Assembly (NCBI GenBank): GCA_038882975.1
Contig: JAVZNE010000005.1
Span: 35,624-99,623 of the forward strand
Origin: Candidatus Bathyarchaeia archaeon
GTDB lineage: Archaea > Thermoproteota > Bathyarchaeia > Bathyarchaeales > Bathycorpusculaceae
Length of the DNA stretch: 64,000 bases
Direction: 5' to 3'
Position numbers and translations under genes: made by a program
Notes under the pieces: generated by a model
What the model was told of the DNA's origin: nothing
The model's input: only the letters and a program-made list of their open reading frames with translations
Databases searched by the model: none
Part shown: positions 48,680-57,350 of the stretch, in pieces
How the letters are laid out: the number at the start of each line of letters is the position of its first letter
Position numbering within the stretch: the stretch's first letter is position 1

Positions 48680-48907
48680 TTAGCATCTACAGCGGATTGC
48701 CATGTGACAGTGGCATTTTGTCTCCTCAACTGAAAATGATAAGTCTATAAGGATTTCTTCAAGCTCCTTTGCAAGGTTTTGGTCGCCCTTAGCCCTAATT
48801 TCGGCGAGAAGCCTTTCTGCTTCTGCTTTTAGGGCTAAGGGGTCTTCGCTTCCATTCTTCAAGAAGCGTTTGTATTTTGCTTTGAAGTTTGCAAGTTTAT
48901 CTTCCAT
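48680..48907 (-). CDS. Small hypothetical protein with Cys/His-rich C-terminus
   Basis: 75 aa ending KCHCHMAIRCRC. Confidence 0.6.
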   Translation of the reverse strand: MEDKLANFKAKYKRFLKNGSEDPLALKAEAERLLAEIRAKGDQNLAKELEEILIDLSFSVEETKCHCHMAIRCRC

Positions 48908-49143
48908 TGTAGCGCCCCATCCGCCAAAGAGCTAACAACACCATTAAAGATTAGCTTTTCGTCTAATGGCAAGAATTTTCCAAAGGAATTCTAGAAAGAA
49001 CAGCGTTCTTGTCAAAGCTTGGTGCCACAACATGGCGAAAATGATGTTCTGGAGTTTAGAAGGTTGATAGATACCTTAATATATAAACTCCATAGAGTTA
49101 TTAATTCTCATTAGAAGTAACTGAAGTATGGAGGAAAATTGAG

Positions 49144-51006
49144 TTGTACGGCTATGCTGGCAAAATTCTCCACGTGGACCTAACAACGGGAAAGTCATAT
49201 ACAGAGCCATTGAACGAGGATTACGCCAAAAAATACATTGGCGGAATAGGTCTGGGAATGCGCTTGTGGCTTGACAATTCAAAGGCTGGCGTGGACCCCT
49301 TCAGCCCGGAAAACCCGCTGGTTTTGGCCACTGGCCCAACTTCTGGCACTATTTGGCCTACTGGCGGTAATGGTCATGCCTTTGTTTCCAAGTCCCCGCA
49401 GAGCTATGGTATAGCTGAGGCGAAGTCCCATGGCAGTTTCGGCACAGAACTAAAGAGGGCTGGTTATGACGCTGTTATTTTCCATGGCAAGGCTGAAAAA
49501 CCCGTTTACGTGTGGATTGACGACGACTCTGTTCAGATTTTGGACGCATCCCACTTGTGGGGTAAGTCGCCTGCTGAAACAGAGGACATGATTAAGGAGG
49601 AGTTGGGTGACTACTACATCAGAGTTGCTGCTATTGGACCCGCTGGAGAAAAGCTGGTGCGAATAGCTTGCATAATCAATGAGAAGTCGAGGGCTGCTGG
49701 CAGATGCGGCATGGGCGCCGTTATGGGCTCAAAGAATTTAAAGGCTATAGCCGTTCGCGGAACCCGCGACGTGACGGTGGCAAAGCCGGACGAGTTCCTC
49801 GAATTTGTTAAGGAATTCCACGAAAGGATGAAGGGACCAGCCACAAAGAAGTATAGGACTTTGGGCACACCTGAAAACGTCCTAGTGCATAACGCCTTAC
49901 ATTGCATGCCAACCAGAAACTACAATAATGCCCATTTTGAGGCCGCCGAGAAGGTGAGCGGCGAATACCTAAACGAGAGGTATGTGGCGAAGATCATTGG
50001 CTGCAGTTCATGCGCTATGAGATGCGAGCATGTGTGCGTTGTTACTGAAGGTCCCTATAAAGGGGCTATGGCTAGGGTTGAATATGAGCCCTTATGGGCT
50101 CTTGGACCCTACTGTGGAATTGACCGCCTAGACGCCATAATTAAGGGCAGTGAACTCTGCAACTATTATGGGATGGACTCCATCAGCGCCGGCGTAATTG
50201 TCGGCTTTGCAATGGACTGTTATGAGAACGGCATTTTAACGCAGAAGGATATGGATGGAATTGAAGCCCGCTTCGGAAACCATGAAGCTCTAGTGAAGCT
50301 TTTAGAGAAGATGGGTAAACGGGAGGGCATCGGCGACATCCTAGCCGAAGGCGTGAAATTTGCAGCTGAAAAAATCGGCAAGGGCGCAGAAAAGCTTGCC
50401 CAACACATTAAAGGCGTTGAGGTTACTGGCTATGACTTAAGATGCCTCAAAACAGCGGCTCTAGGGTTTGCAGTTTCCTTCCGTGGGGCGGATCACAACC
50501 GACATGGAGCATACGCCTTCGACGTTAAAGGCAAGTTTAACAGGCTGAAGTACGAGAAGGGGAGAGCGAAAGCTGTAAAAGACATTGAAGATGTCTACAC
50601 AATCATTGATTCGCTGATTATTTGTAAGTTTTCCAGAGGCACATACTATAAGGAGTTTGAGGATTTGGCTAAGCTTTACACGCTTGTGACTGGCTGGGAG
50701 ACAACACCCGAAGATATGCGCTTAAAAGGCGAACGTATAAACAATCTCGCCAGAGTCATAAACGTAAGGGAGGGCTTGGGCAGAAAGGACGACCACTTGC
50801 CCTACAAAGTTATGCACATGCCAATTCCAGACGAGGGACCATCCAAGGGCGCATATGTCACTCAAGAGGAGCTTGAAATGATGTTGGACGACTACTACGA
50901 GGCGCGGGGCTGGACGAGGGATGGCATACCAACCCCTGAAAAGCTCAAGCAGTTGGGCATGGACGACCTAGTCCCAATCGTTGAGGCTAAAATCCAAAAG
51001 GCTTAG
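49144..51006 (+). CDS. Tungsten/molybdenum aldehyde:ferredoxin oxidoreductase family protein
   Basis: GPAGEK, AGRCGMGAVMGSKNLKAI, CSSCAMRC, EYE, GMDSIS, DDYYEARGW. Confidence 0.93.
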   Translation: MYGYAGKILHVDLTTGKSYTEPLNEDYAKKYIGGIGLGMRLWLDNSKAGVDPFSPENPLVLATGPTSGTIWPTGGNGHAFVSKSPQSYGIAEAKSHGSFGTELKRAGYDAVIFHGKAEKPVYVWIDDDSVQILDASHLWGKSPAETEDMIKEELGDYYIRVAAIGPAGEKLVRIACIINEKSRAAGRCGMGAVMGSKNLKAIAVRGTRDVTVAKPDEFLEFVKEFHERMKGPATKKYRTLGTPENVLVHNALHCMPTRNYNNAHFEAAEKVSGEYLNERYVAKIIGCSSCAMRCEHVCVVTEGPYKGAMARVEYEPLWALGPYCGIDRLDAIIKGSELCNYYGMDSISAGVIVGFAMDCYENGILTQKDMDGIEARFGNHEALVKLLEKMGKREGIGDILAEGVKFAAEKIGKGAEKLAQHIKGVEVTGYDLRCLKTAALGFAVSFRGADHNRHGAYAFDVKGKFNRLKYEKGRAKAVKDIEDVYTIIDSLIICKFSRGTYYKEFEDLAKLYTLVTGWETTPEDMRLKGERINNLARVINVREGLGRKDDHLPYKVMHMPIPDEGPSKGAYVTQEELEMMLDDYYEARGWTRDGIPTPEKLKQLGMDDLVPIVEAKIQKA

Positions 51007-51025
51007 CAGAATGGAGGCATAATAG

Positions 51026-51535
51026 ATGGTTAAGATTCATGAAAGAAAATTTGTTTCAGCCGATCCGGACAAGTGTGTAGGTTGCCAAGTCTGTGAATAC
51101 ATTTGCGCTTGGACTAAGGAGAAGGCTTTCAATCCCTTGAAGTCGAGGATTAGGGTTGTTAGGCTTAACCCGCTAGTGAATATCTCAATCACTTGTAGGC
51201 TTTGCGAGGACCCACCATGCGTTGCCGCCTGCCCAAGGGACGCCCTAACTCAGTCCGAGGAGAATGGCACAATAATTGTGGATGAGGACAAGTGTAACGG
51301 TTGCGGATGGTGCATTGAAGCTTGCGATTATGGGGCGATTTCGCTTCATCCCGAAAAGAAGGTGGTTTTTGTCTGCGACTTGTGCAAGGACAAGCCGGAC
51401 GGGCCCCAATGCGTCAAGTGGTGTCCAGAAGAAGCCTTAGACCTTGTGACGGCTGATGTTCTAGCACAGAAAGCCCGCATAACGGCTACCAAGAAGCTTT
51501 TCCAAGAAGCCTTAAAAGTGGCTCCCCCAACCTAA
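51026..51535 (+). CDS. 4Fe-4S dicluster electron-transfer subunit (AOR partner)
   Basis: Four Cys clusters (CVGCQVC, CRLC..PPCV..CP, CNGCGWC..AC, CDLC..CV..CP). Confidence 0.92.
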   Translation: MVKIHERKFVSADPDKCVGCQVCEYICAWTKEKAFNPLKSRIRVVRLNPLVNISITCRLCEDPPCVAACPRDALTQSEENGTIIVDEDKCNGCGWCIEACDYGAISLHPEKKVVFVCDLCKDKPDGPQCVKWCPEEALDLVTADVLAQKARITATKKLFQEALKVAPPT

Positions 51536-51668
51536 ACCCATCCTATTTTTATTTTTGTAACTGTTATAATTGCCTACTAGAACTTTTTGATAATTTTCTA
51601 GAAGATTTAGTTAATTTTATTAGCGATTCTACCGTAATCATATCTTTGGTTGACTTCAGATTCCGATA

Positions 51669-51956
51669 GTGACTCAAATGATGGGATATGGGGGGAAGCG
51701 TAGGCGCAGTCGTGTAGAAGTTGTAGTTGAGATTTTGAATGAGGCTCTAGATGGCGCCAACAAGACTAGGCTTATGTATCGCTGCAATTTAAATTTTAGG
51801 CGCTTTAACCGGTATTTGAAGGAGTTGCTAGATGCTGGCTTGCTGGAGCGCATCGCCCCTAATCCCGAAAGCGGCTTGGTTCTGTATAGGACTACTGAGA
51901 AGGGGCGGGAGCTGCTTAAAATTTTACAGAAGGCTGGCGAATTCCTGTCCGTTTAG
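51669..51956 (+). CDS. Winged-helix DNA-binding protein (archaeal HTH_45/ArsR-like)
   Basis: RRSRVEVVVEIL...KTRLMYRCNLN...YRTTEKG. Confidence 0.88.
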   Translation: MTQMMGYGGKRRRSRVEVVVEILNEALDGANKTRLMYRCNLNFRRFNRYLKELLDAGLLERIAPNPESGLVLYRTTEKGRELLKILQKAGEFLSV

Positions 51957-52342
51957 TGGATCTTGTTTATTGCTATCTCGTTTAGTTTTTTGTTTATGCG
52001 GATTTCTAGTTCTAGGCTTGTGTCTGTTAGGTTTGTTATGCGGGTGCACTGGATTATTAGGGATTTTTGGGGTGGGATTATTATGGTGCCTATGGCTGTG
52101 GCTGTTGGTGTTTTTTGTGTTGTGTTTGTTTCTTTTTGGTTTGTTAATAGGGTTTTCCAGTTTTGGTTTAATTTTATCTGATTTGTTGTTGGGTTATGCT
52201 GGATCACGTCCATCTTTATTAGGAACTCGACAGTCTGCCACATTTTTTCCTGTGGGATTTCTAAGGTTTTTGCTACTTCTGTTATGTCATGCCATAAAGT
52301 GTCGCTTAATAGAGTGAACAGCTTTTCTAGTTTTGCTGACAA
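51953..52342 (-). CDS. Winged-helix protein with C-terminal beta domain
   Basis: LSDTLWHDITEVAKTLEIP HTH. Confidence 0.7.
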   Translation of the reverse strand: MSAKLEKLFTLLSDTLWHDITEVAKTLEIPQEKMWQTVEFLIKMDVIQHNPTTNQIKLNQNWKTLLTNQKETNTTQKTPTATAIGTIIIPPQKSLIIQCTRITNLTDTSLELEIRINKKLNEIAINKIH

Positions 52343-52478
52343 GTTTTAGCCTCTAATTTAATCTATGGTTGGCTTTTGGAGGCTCATAATTTTCTTCCTA
52401 CTTATAAAATGTTTAGAACCTTTGGGCTAGACCATTGTTTCATCGGATTTTATATGCAATTGCCAATGATAGTATTTG

Positions 52479-52593
52479 TTGGTTAGGTGTTTAGCCAAAA
52501 AGTTGAACTCGGCGGTTAGGTTCAGCCTAACCCGTGCCGAGGGAGGGGCACGTTAAACATACCCAAGATGGAGGAAGGGGGAGTGATGCCCAA
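52479..52593 (+). promoter_or_regulatory. Long structured 5' leader (candidate cis-regulatory RNA)
   Basis: TATA-like TTTTATAT near 52448; nested stems CTCGGC/GCCGAG and GGTTAGG/CCTAACC; competing CGTGCC/GGCACG. Confidence 0.5.
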
Positions 52594-53178
52594 ATGAAAA
52601 GTAAGATGATTGGATTGTTCGTTGTGGTGATGACAGCCCTAATTGTTGCTGGTTTCGCCTATGCCCACTGGACGGAAACTCTAGTATTGGAGGGCACCGT
52701 TGAAACTGGAGAGCTGGACCTAACATGGTCTTGTGAATGCTGGGACAACGATGACGAGCTTAAGGACGTCGGCGATGTTGAATGCAATATTACGGGTGAC
52801 ACTTTGACGATAACGATTTCGAATGTCTATCCATGCTACGAGGTTATGGGAACAATAGACATAAACAATACTGGAACAGTTCCAGCAGTGCTGGTTAAAT
52901 TTCACATGGCCCTTCCAGAAAATGTAATATTAAAGGACTTGGGCGGCTACAACTATGAATTGTATTATGATGCTGATAAGGATGGAGAGCCAGATCTAGA
53001 GGAGCTTATGGCTACCGCAAGCCTAACAATTCAAGGCGACATTAAGCAAATAGATAAAGAGGAAACCGTGTATATCAGCTTCAATGTACACTTTACTAAT
53101 CCGGGCTTGCCAGAAAACTGGAGTGGAACATTCGAAATATCATTAGGCTTTGTGAACTGGACGCCGCCAACAACGTAA
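52594..53178 (+). CDS. SipW-dependent secreted TasA/Abp-like protein 1
   Basis: Signal ending AYA-HWTETL..EGTVETG; ISNVYPCY, INNTGTVP; ends NWTPP. Confidence 0.75.
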   Translation: MKSKMIGLFVVVMTALIVAGFAYAHWTETLVLEGTVETGELDLTWSCECWDNDDELKDVGDVECNITGDTLTITISNVYPCYEVMGTIDINNTGTVPAVLVKFHMALPENVILKDLGGYNYELYYDADKDGEPDLEELMATASLTIQGDIKQIDKEETVYISFNVHFTNPGLPENWSGTFEISLGFVNWTPPTT

Positions 53179-53222
53179 ACCGCCGCTACTTCTTTCTAGA
53201 GCCTTTAACGGAGGAATCCAAA

Positions 53223-53849
53223 ATGACGAATAGAAAGTTTATGGCTATTCCAATACTGCTAATTTTCGCCCTAGTGGCAACAGGCTTAGCATACGCTCAT
53301 TGGACAAAAACATTCACAATAATAGGCAATGTAGACACAACAGAGCTAGACTGGGAATTCCAAACCCCAATATCATGCCTAGATAAGCGAGGTGAAAATG
53401 ACTGGGTTGCCGACTGCGAATGGAACTTTTGGCAAGGAGACAAAGACGTCGGGGGACCAACCCAACTCAAATTGGTGGATACTGATGTTGACGGAGATTA
53501 TGATAAGTTAGAAGTAACCTTAGTAAACGTCTATCCAAGTTACGCTGAAGAAATAAGTTTCTACGTCCACAACAACGGAGAGATGCCCCTAATATTCAAA
53601 AAAGTTGTTGCTGATGGAAAGGAAATTACACCAAGTGGCCCAGATACAGTTTTCATCGACGTTACAGGCGACGGCAAATATGACCTAAAAATAAGATTCG
53701 GCAACAACCTTGGACTTCAGTTTGAACCATGTACATCAAAGGAAATAAGCGTAAGCATACTTGTTCTACAAGATGCACCACAAGGACAAACGTTAACATT
53801 TTACAATACAACTCGTTGCCGAAAACTGGTCACCGCCATAAACCCATAA
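53223..53849 (+). CDS. SipW-dependent secreted TasA/Abp-like protein 2 (apparent 1-nt frameshift near the 3' end)
   Basis: AYA-HWTKTF..GNVDT; VNVYPSY, VHNNGEMP; alternative frame after T4 (53799-53802) gives TFTIQLVAENWSPP* (stop 53841). Confidence 0.75.
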   Translation: MTNRKFMAIPILLIFALVATGLAYAHWTKTFTIIGNVDTTELDWEFQTPISCLDKRGENDWVADCEWNFWQGDKDVGGPTQLKLVDTDVDGDYDKLEVTLVNVYPSYAEEISFYVHNNGEMPLIFKKVVADGKEITPSGPDTVFIDVTGDGKYDLKIRFGNNLGLQFEPCTSKEISVSILVLQDAPQGQTLTFYNTTRCRKLVTAINP

Positions 53850-53917
53850 ACGAATGCCCAACCAACCCCCCTTTATTTTTAACAAATTTGAACTCCAATG
53901 TTAGGATTATGATGTAA

Positions 53918-55255
53918 ATGGAGGCTCAAACAGAAAACGTAAAAAAATTTCTCTTAATCACGCTAGTTGTGATTGTTTACCTTTTTTTGGGCTTAACCAG
54001 TTTTAAGGGGTTGATGGCATACATCATACCAACAATCTGCTGGGTCTTCCCCACAATAATCACCCTCCACATAAGCAGTTATGAAAATATTCGCCAATGG
54101 TCCAATAGGCAAACAACAATAACCGCCATCCTAATCGCCGCCCTACAGCTTTCCGCCCTCATAGGCGTATCCTTCTTCACAAGCTTTGGAAAAAGCCCCT
54201 ACGTCCACACACCAACCTCCATAGCCTTCTACATAGCTTATTTTACATCTCCACTAATAGCCTTTGAAACTTCAAGAGCTTACCTCATAAAATCTTGCCC
54301 CAAAAAAAGAATCTTCTTTGGATTAGCCTTAACATCCCTATTCTACACGTTCATAAGCTTTCCATTGGCAAAGTTCCTCACACTAAGCGAACCAGCAGAA
54401 ACCGCCAAATTCATGAGCTCAAGTCTTCTCCCAACCCTAGCCCAAAACCTACTCGCCACATACTTGGCGCTTTTGGGCGGACCAGCAGCCTCCATGGCTT
54501 ATTTAGGCGTTTTAGAAGCCTTTGAATGGTTATCGCCCATACTGCCAAACCCGTCATGGGCAATAAAAGCCCTAATAACAACACTGACACCAACCATAGG
54601 CTTCCTTACAATAAATCAAACAGTAAGACCATTTACGCTAATGCGTTATGGAATAATAAGCAAAGCAGAAGCCAAACCAAAACCCCACAGAACCAAAAAA
54701 ACCTCATCATCCCTATCATGGATTACAATAGCCCTAACAGCCTTAATCCTAGTTTGGAGTTCAACAGGCTTATTGGGCTTCCAGTCAAGCATAATAGCCA
54801 GCGGAAGCATGAGACCAACGCTTGACGTGGGCGACATAGCCATAACAGTCCCAACACCACCAGAAAAAATCAAAGTAGGCGACATAATCCAATACTGGCG
54901 GGAAGGCGAATCAGCACCAACAATACACCGGGTAATAGAAATCAACAGTGCTGGAGGCATAACTCACATCACAACAAAGGGAGACGCCAACAACGCCCCA
55001 GACGAACCCATCACAGCAACAAAACCTCTAGGCAAAGTAATATTTGTAATACCGAAACTGGGCTGGGTCAGCATATACCTAAAAGATTTCGCCGCTAACG
55101 CCTACACATTCCTAACCACAACACTTCCAAAAGCCCTAACAGGGGGCAGCGCCAAACTGCTGGCAAACATCATCCCGATAACAGCCGCCCTAACCCTAAC
55201 TGCACACGCTTTCCTCTTACTCGCATACCACAAAACAACAAAAAAGGGAGGATGA
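53918..55255 (+). CDS. SipW/Sec11-type signal peptidase I with a large N-terminal multi-TM domain
   Basis: IASGSMRPTL..GD (Ser), TIHRV (His), TKGDANNAPD, GKV..VIPKLGW. Confidence 0.9.
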   Translation: MEAQTENVKKFLLITLVVIVYLFLGLTSFKGLMAYIIPTICWVFPTIITLHISSYENIRQWSNRQTTITAILIAALQLSALIGVSFFTSFGKSPYVHTPTSIAFYIAYFTSPLIAFETSRAYLIKSCPKKRIFFGLALTSLFYTFISFPLAKFLTLSEPAETAKFMSSSLLPTLAQNLLATYLALLGGPAASMAYLGVLEAFEWLSPILPNPSWAIKALITTLTPTIGFLTINQTVRPFTLMRYGIISKAEAKPKPHRTKKTSSSLSWITIALTALILVWSSTGLLGFQSSIIASGSMRPTLDVGDIAITVPTPPEKIKVGDIIQYWREGESAPTIHRVIEINSAGGITHITTKGDANNAPDEPITATKPLGKVIFVIPKLGWVSIYLKDFAANAYTFLTTTLPKALTGGSAKLLANIIPITAALTLTAHAFLLLAYHKTTKKGG

Positions 55256-55776
55256 AAATGAATAAACAAATACTCGCCGCATTCACAATCTTACTATTCG
55301 CATTGGCAATAACAGGATATGCCTACACCCACTGGCAGGAAACCCTCCAAATACAAGGCACAGCCCAAATAGCAAAACTGGAAATAATAATACAAGACTG
55401 CCAAACGTTGCTGGATATAACATATCAAGACAGTCGCAAGCTAAACCTCACGGGCACAATAACCCTAAACCAGCCCATACTAACAAACATAACAATAAAA
55501 AACACCGGAACAACACCAACAACAATAACCCATTCAATCACAACAAACAACACAGACCTATGGCAACAATACTTCATTTACAGCCAAAACATCACAGACA
55601 ACTATGAACTCTTACCCGGAAACACAGTCGTAGCACAGCAAAACATAACCTTAACAGAAAACAACCCGCCAACTTCCGCAATCGAAGTAACAGTAACCTA
55701 CACCGCCGCATTCGCTTCCTGGACAGACACCATAACCATCACTTACATCCTAACCTACCAAGAAGGAGGCTCATAA
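55252..55776 (+). CDS. SipW-dependent secreted TasA/Abp-like protein 3
   Basis: GYAYT-HWQETLQIQGT; IKNTGTTP. Confidence 0.72.
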   Translation: MKMNKQILAAFTILLFALAITGYAYTHWQETLQIQGTAQIAKLEIIIQDCQTLLDITYQDSRKLNLTGTITLNQPILTNITIKNTGTTPTTITHSITTNNTDLWQQYFIYSQNITDNYELLPGNTVVAQQNITLTENNPPTSAIEVTVTYTAAFASWTDTITITYILTYQEGGS

Positions 55777-56664
55777 ATGAAAACAAAAATTTTCACAGCA
55801 ACAGTCCTAGCCATAATAGCCCTAAGCCTAATGGGCTATAGCTATGCATGCTGGAACGGGGGAATCCATATAAACTGTTACTGCAAATGCGACCTAATTT
55901 TCAAAAGCGTAAAAACATGGGACAATGAGGTAGAAAAGGATGTAGCCACAGTAAACGCCTACATAACATGCAACAGGGACACAATAAAAGTCAAAGTGAC
56001 AAACAGCTACCCATGCTACACAGCCTACATAAACTACACCATCAAAAACATTGGTAAATGCCCAATCCAATTCACAAGCCTAACAATAATAAACGATTAT
56101 CCAGAAGCCCTAGAAATAACAACAACAGACCACACTGGAATAGTGCTCGCGCCATGCCAAACCGTAACTGGAAAAACAGTGGTCCACACACTACAGGAAG
56201 CCCACCAAAACTGGCAGTACGAGTTCGAAATAAAAATAGGTGCAAAATGCAAGCCTAAAGGCTATCCAAGAACAATAGGCTTCTGGAAAAACCAGTTCGC
56301 TCCATACTTGGGCAAGCCGGGCAAGCCCCAAATCGACGCCGGAACACTTGAAGGCTACCTAGACCAAATAAGCGACAGCTCCGACGTTTTCGAGCTTACA
56401 GGAAGCCGCAAACAGAAATTCCAACAAGCATTAAGCATTCTTGAAATGCCAAAACACCCCAAAATACTGGACAAACTTAAAGCCCAACTGTTAGCGTTGT
56501 GGCTTAACCATGTGGCAGGATGGACAGAAGGCTACACACTAGATGGAATGACAGCCCAAGAAATAATCGACGGCTCAGAAAACGCAATAAAAAACAACTT
56601 AGTAGGCGAGTATGAATACTGGAAAAACCTATGCGACCAATTCAACAACCTAAGTGAAAAATAA
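55777..56664 (+). CDS. SipW-dependent secreted protein 4 with extra C-terminal helical domain
   Basis: GYSYA-CW; WDNEVEKDV, NSYPCY, IKNIG shared with protein 1; C-terminal RTIGFWKN...LKAQLLALWLN domain. Confidence 0.72.
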   Translation: MKTKIFTATVLAIIALSLMGYSYACWNGGIHINCYCKCDLIFKSVKTWDNEVEKDVATVNAYITCNRDTIKVKVTNSYPCYTAYINYTIKNIGKCPIQFTSLTIINDYPEALEITTTDHTGIVLAPCQTVTGKTVVHTLQEAHQNWQYEFEIKIGAKCKPKGYPRTIGFWKNQFAPYLGKPGKPQIDAGTLEGYLDQISDSSDVFELTGSRKQKFQQALSILEMPKHPKILDKLKAQLLALWLNHVAGWTEGYTLDGMTAQEIIDGSENAIKNNLVGEYEYWKNLCDQFNNLSEK

Positions 56665-56820
56665 ACATCAACCAACACCGAAAACTAGAGGGGTAGCATA
56701 TTTGCGGCTGTGTTCCAGGCACAAATATGACCTCACCTGTCAAAATTCTAGAGGGGCTACCAATTTTGCAGTTCGCCATCAGCAGCAAAATTGACACTCT
56801 AAAACTAAAAACAGCCGCTT

Positions 56821-57306
56821 TCATGGGAGAACAGCCAACAAAATCTCCATAATTCTCTGCGCTGCAGCTTCAACCTCTTTGGATAAGCCTTCCCCAAAAT
56901 CTGTGTTTTTAGGCTCTATCAATAGTAGGGCTATTTTTGCGCCTAAAGTTTTGGCAAGATAGTCGCAGAAAACTCGAAGTGGGAGCATATGGGTTGATAT
57001 AGCTGGGAAAACCTTAAGGTGTTCTGGCTTAACAAGCCTACACTCGCCCGGCTCCAAGCCCATAACAGCAGCGTCAATAAGCAGGACATGCGTAGGCTTA
57101 AAGTCAGCTATCTGCTGAAGATAACTTTCGGGAACTGTTTCACACTCGATTAGCAAAACCTTCTCAGAAACTCTACTCTGCAAGTCGCGGACAACCTTCA
57201 CGCCGACAAAATCATCCATACGTATAGGATTACCAATACCAGCAACGACGACTTTTTCTGCGCCGGAGAACCAATCCATCAACTTCTTCTCAAAAGAAGC
57301 TTCCAT
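56821..57306 (-). CDS. hycI: Hydrogenase maturation protease (HycI-like)
   Basis: GIGNPIRMDDFVG, ETVPES, IDAA, STH.LPL. Confidence 0.9.
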   Translation of the reverse strand: MEASFEKKLMDWFSGAEKVVVAGIGNPIRMDDFVGVKVVRDLQSRVSEKVLLIECETVPESYLQQIADFKPTHVLLIDAAVMGLEPGECRLVKPEHLKVFPAISTHMLPLRVFCDYLAKTLGAKIALLLIEPKNTDFGEGLSKEVEAAAQRIMEILLAVLP

Positions 57307-57350
57307 CGACAAAAGTTCTTCTCCAAAAAATAAAAAGGGGAAAAAAGGCG

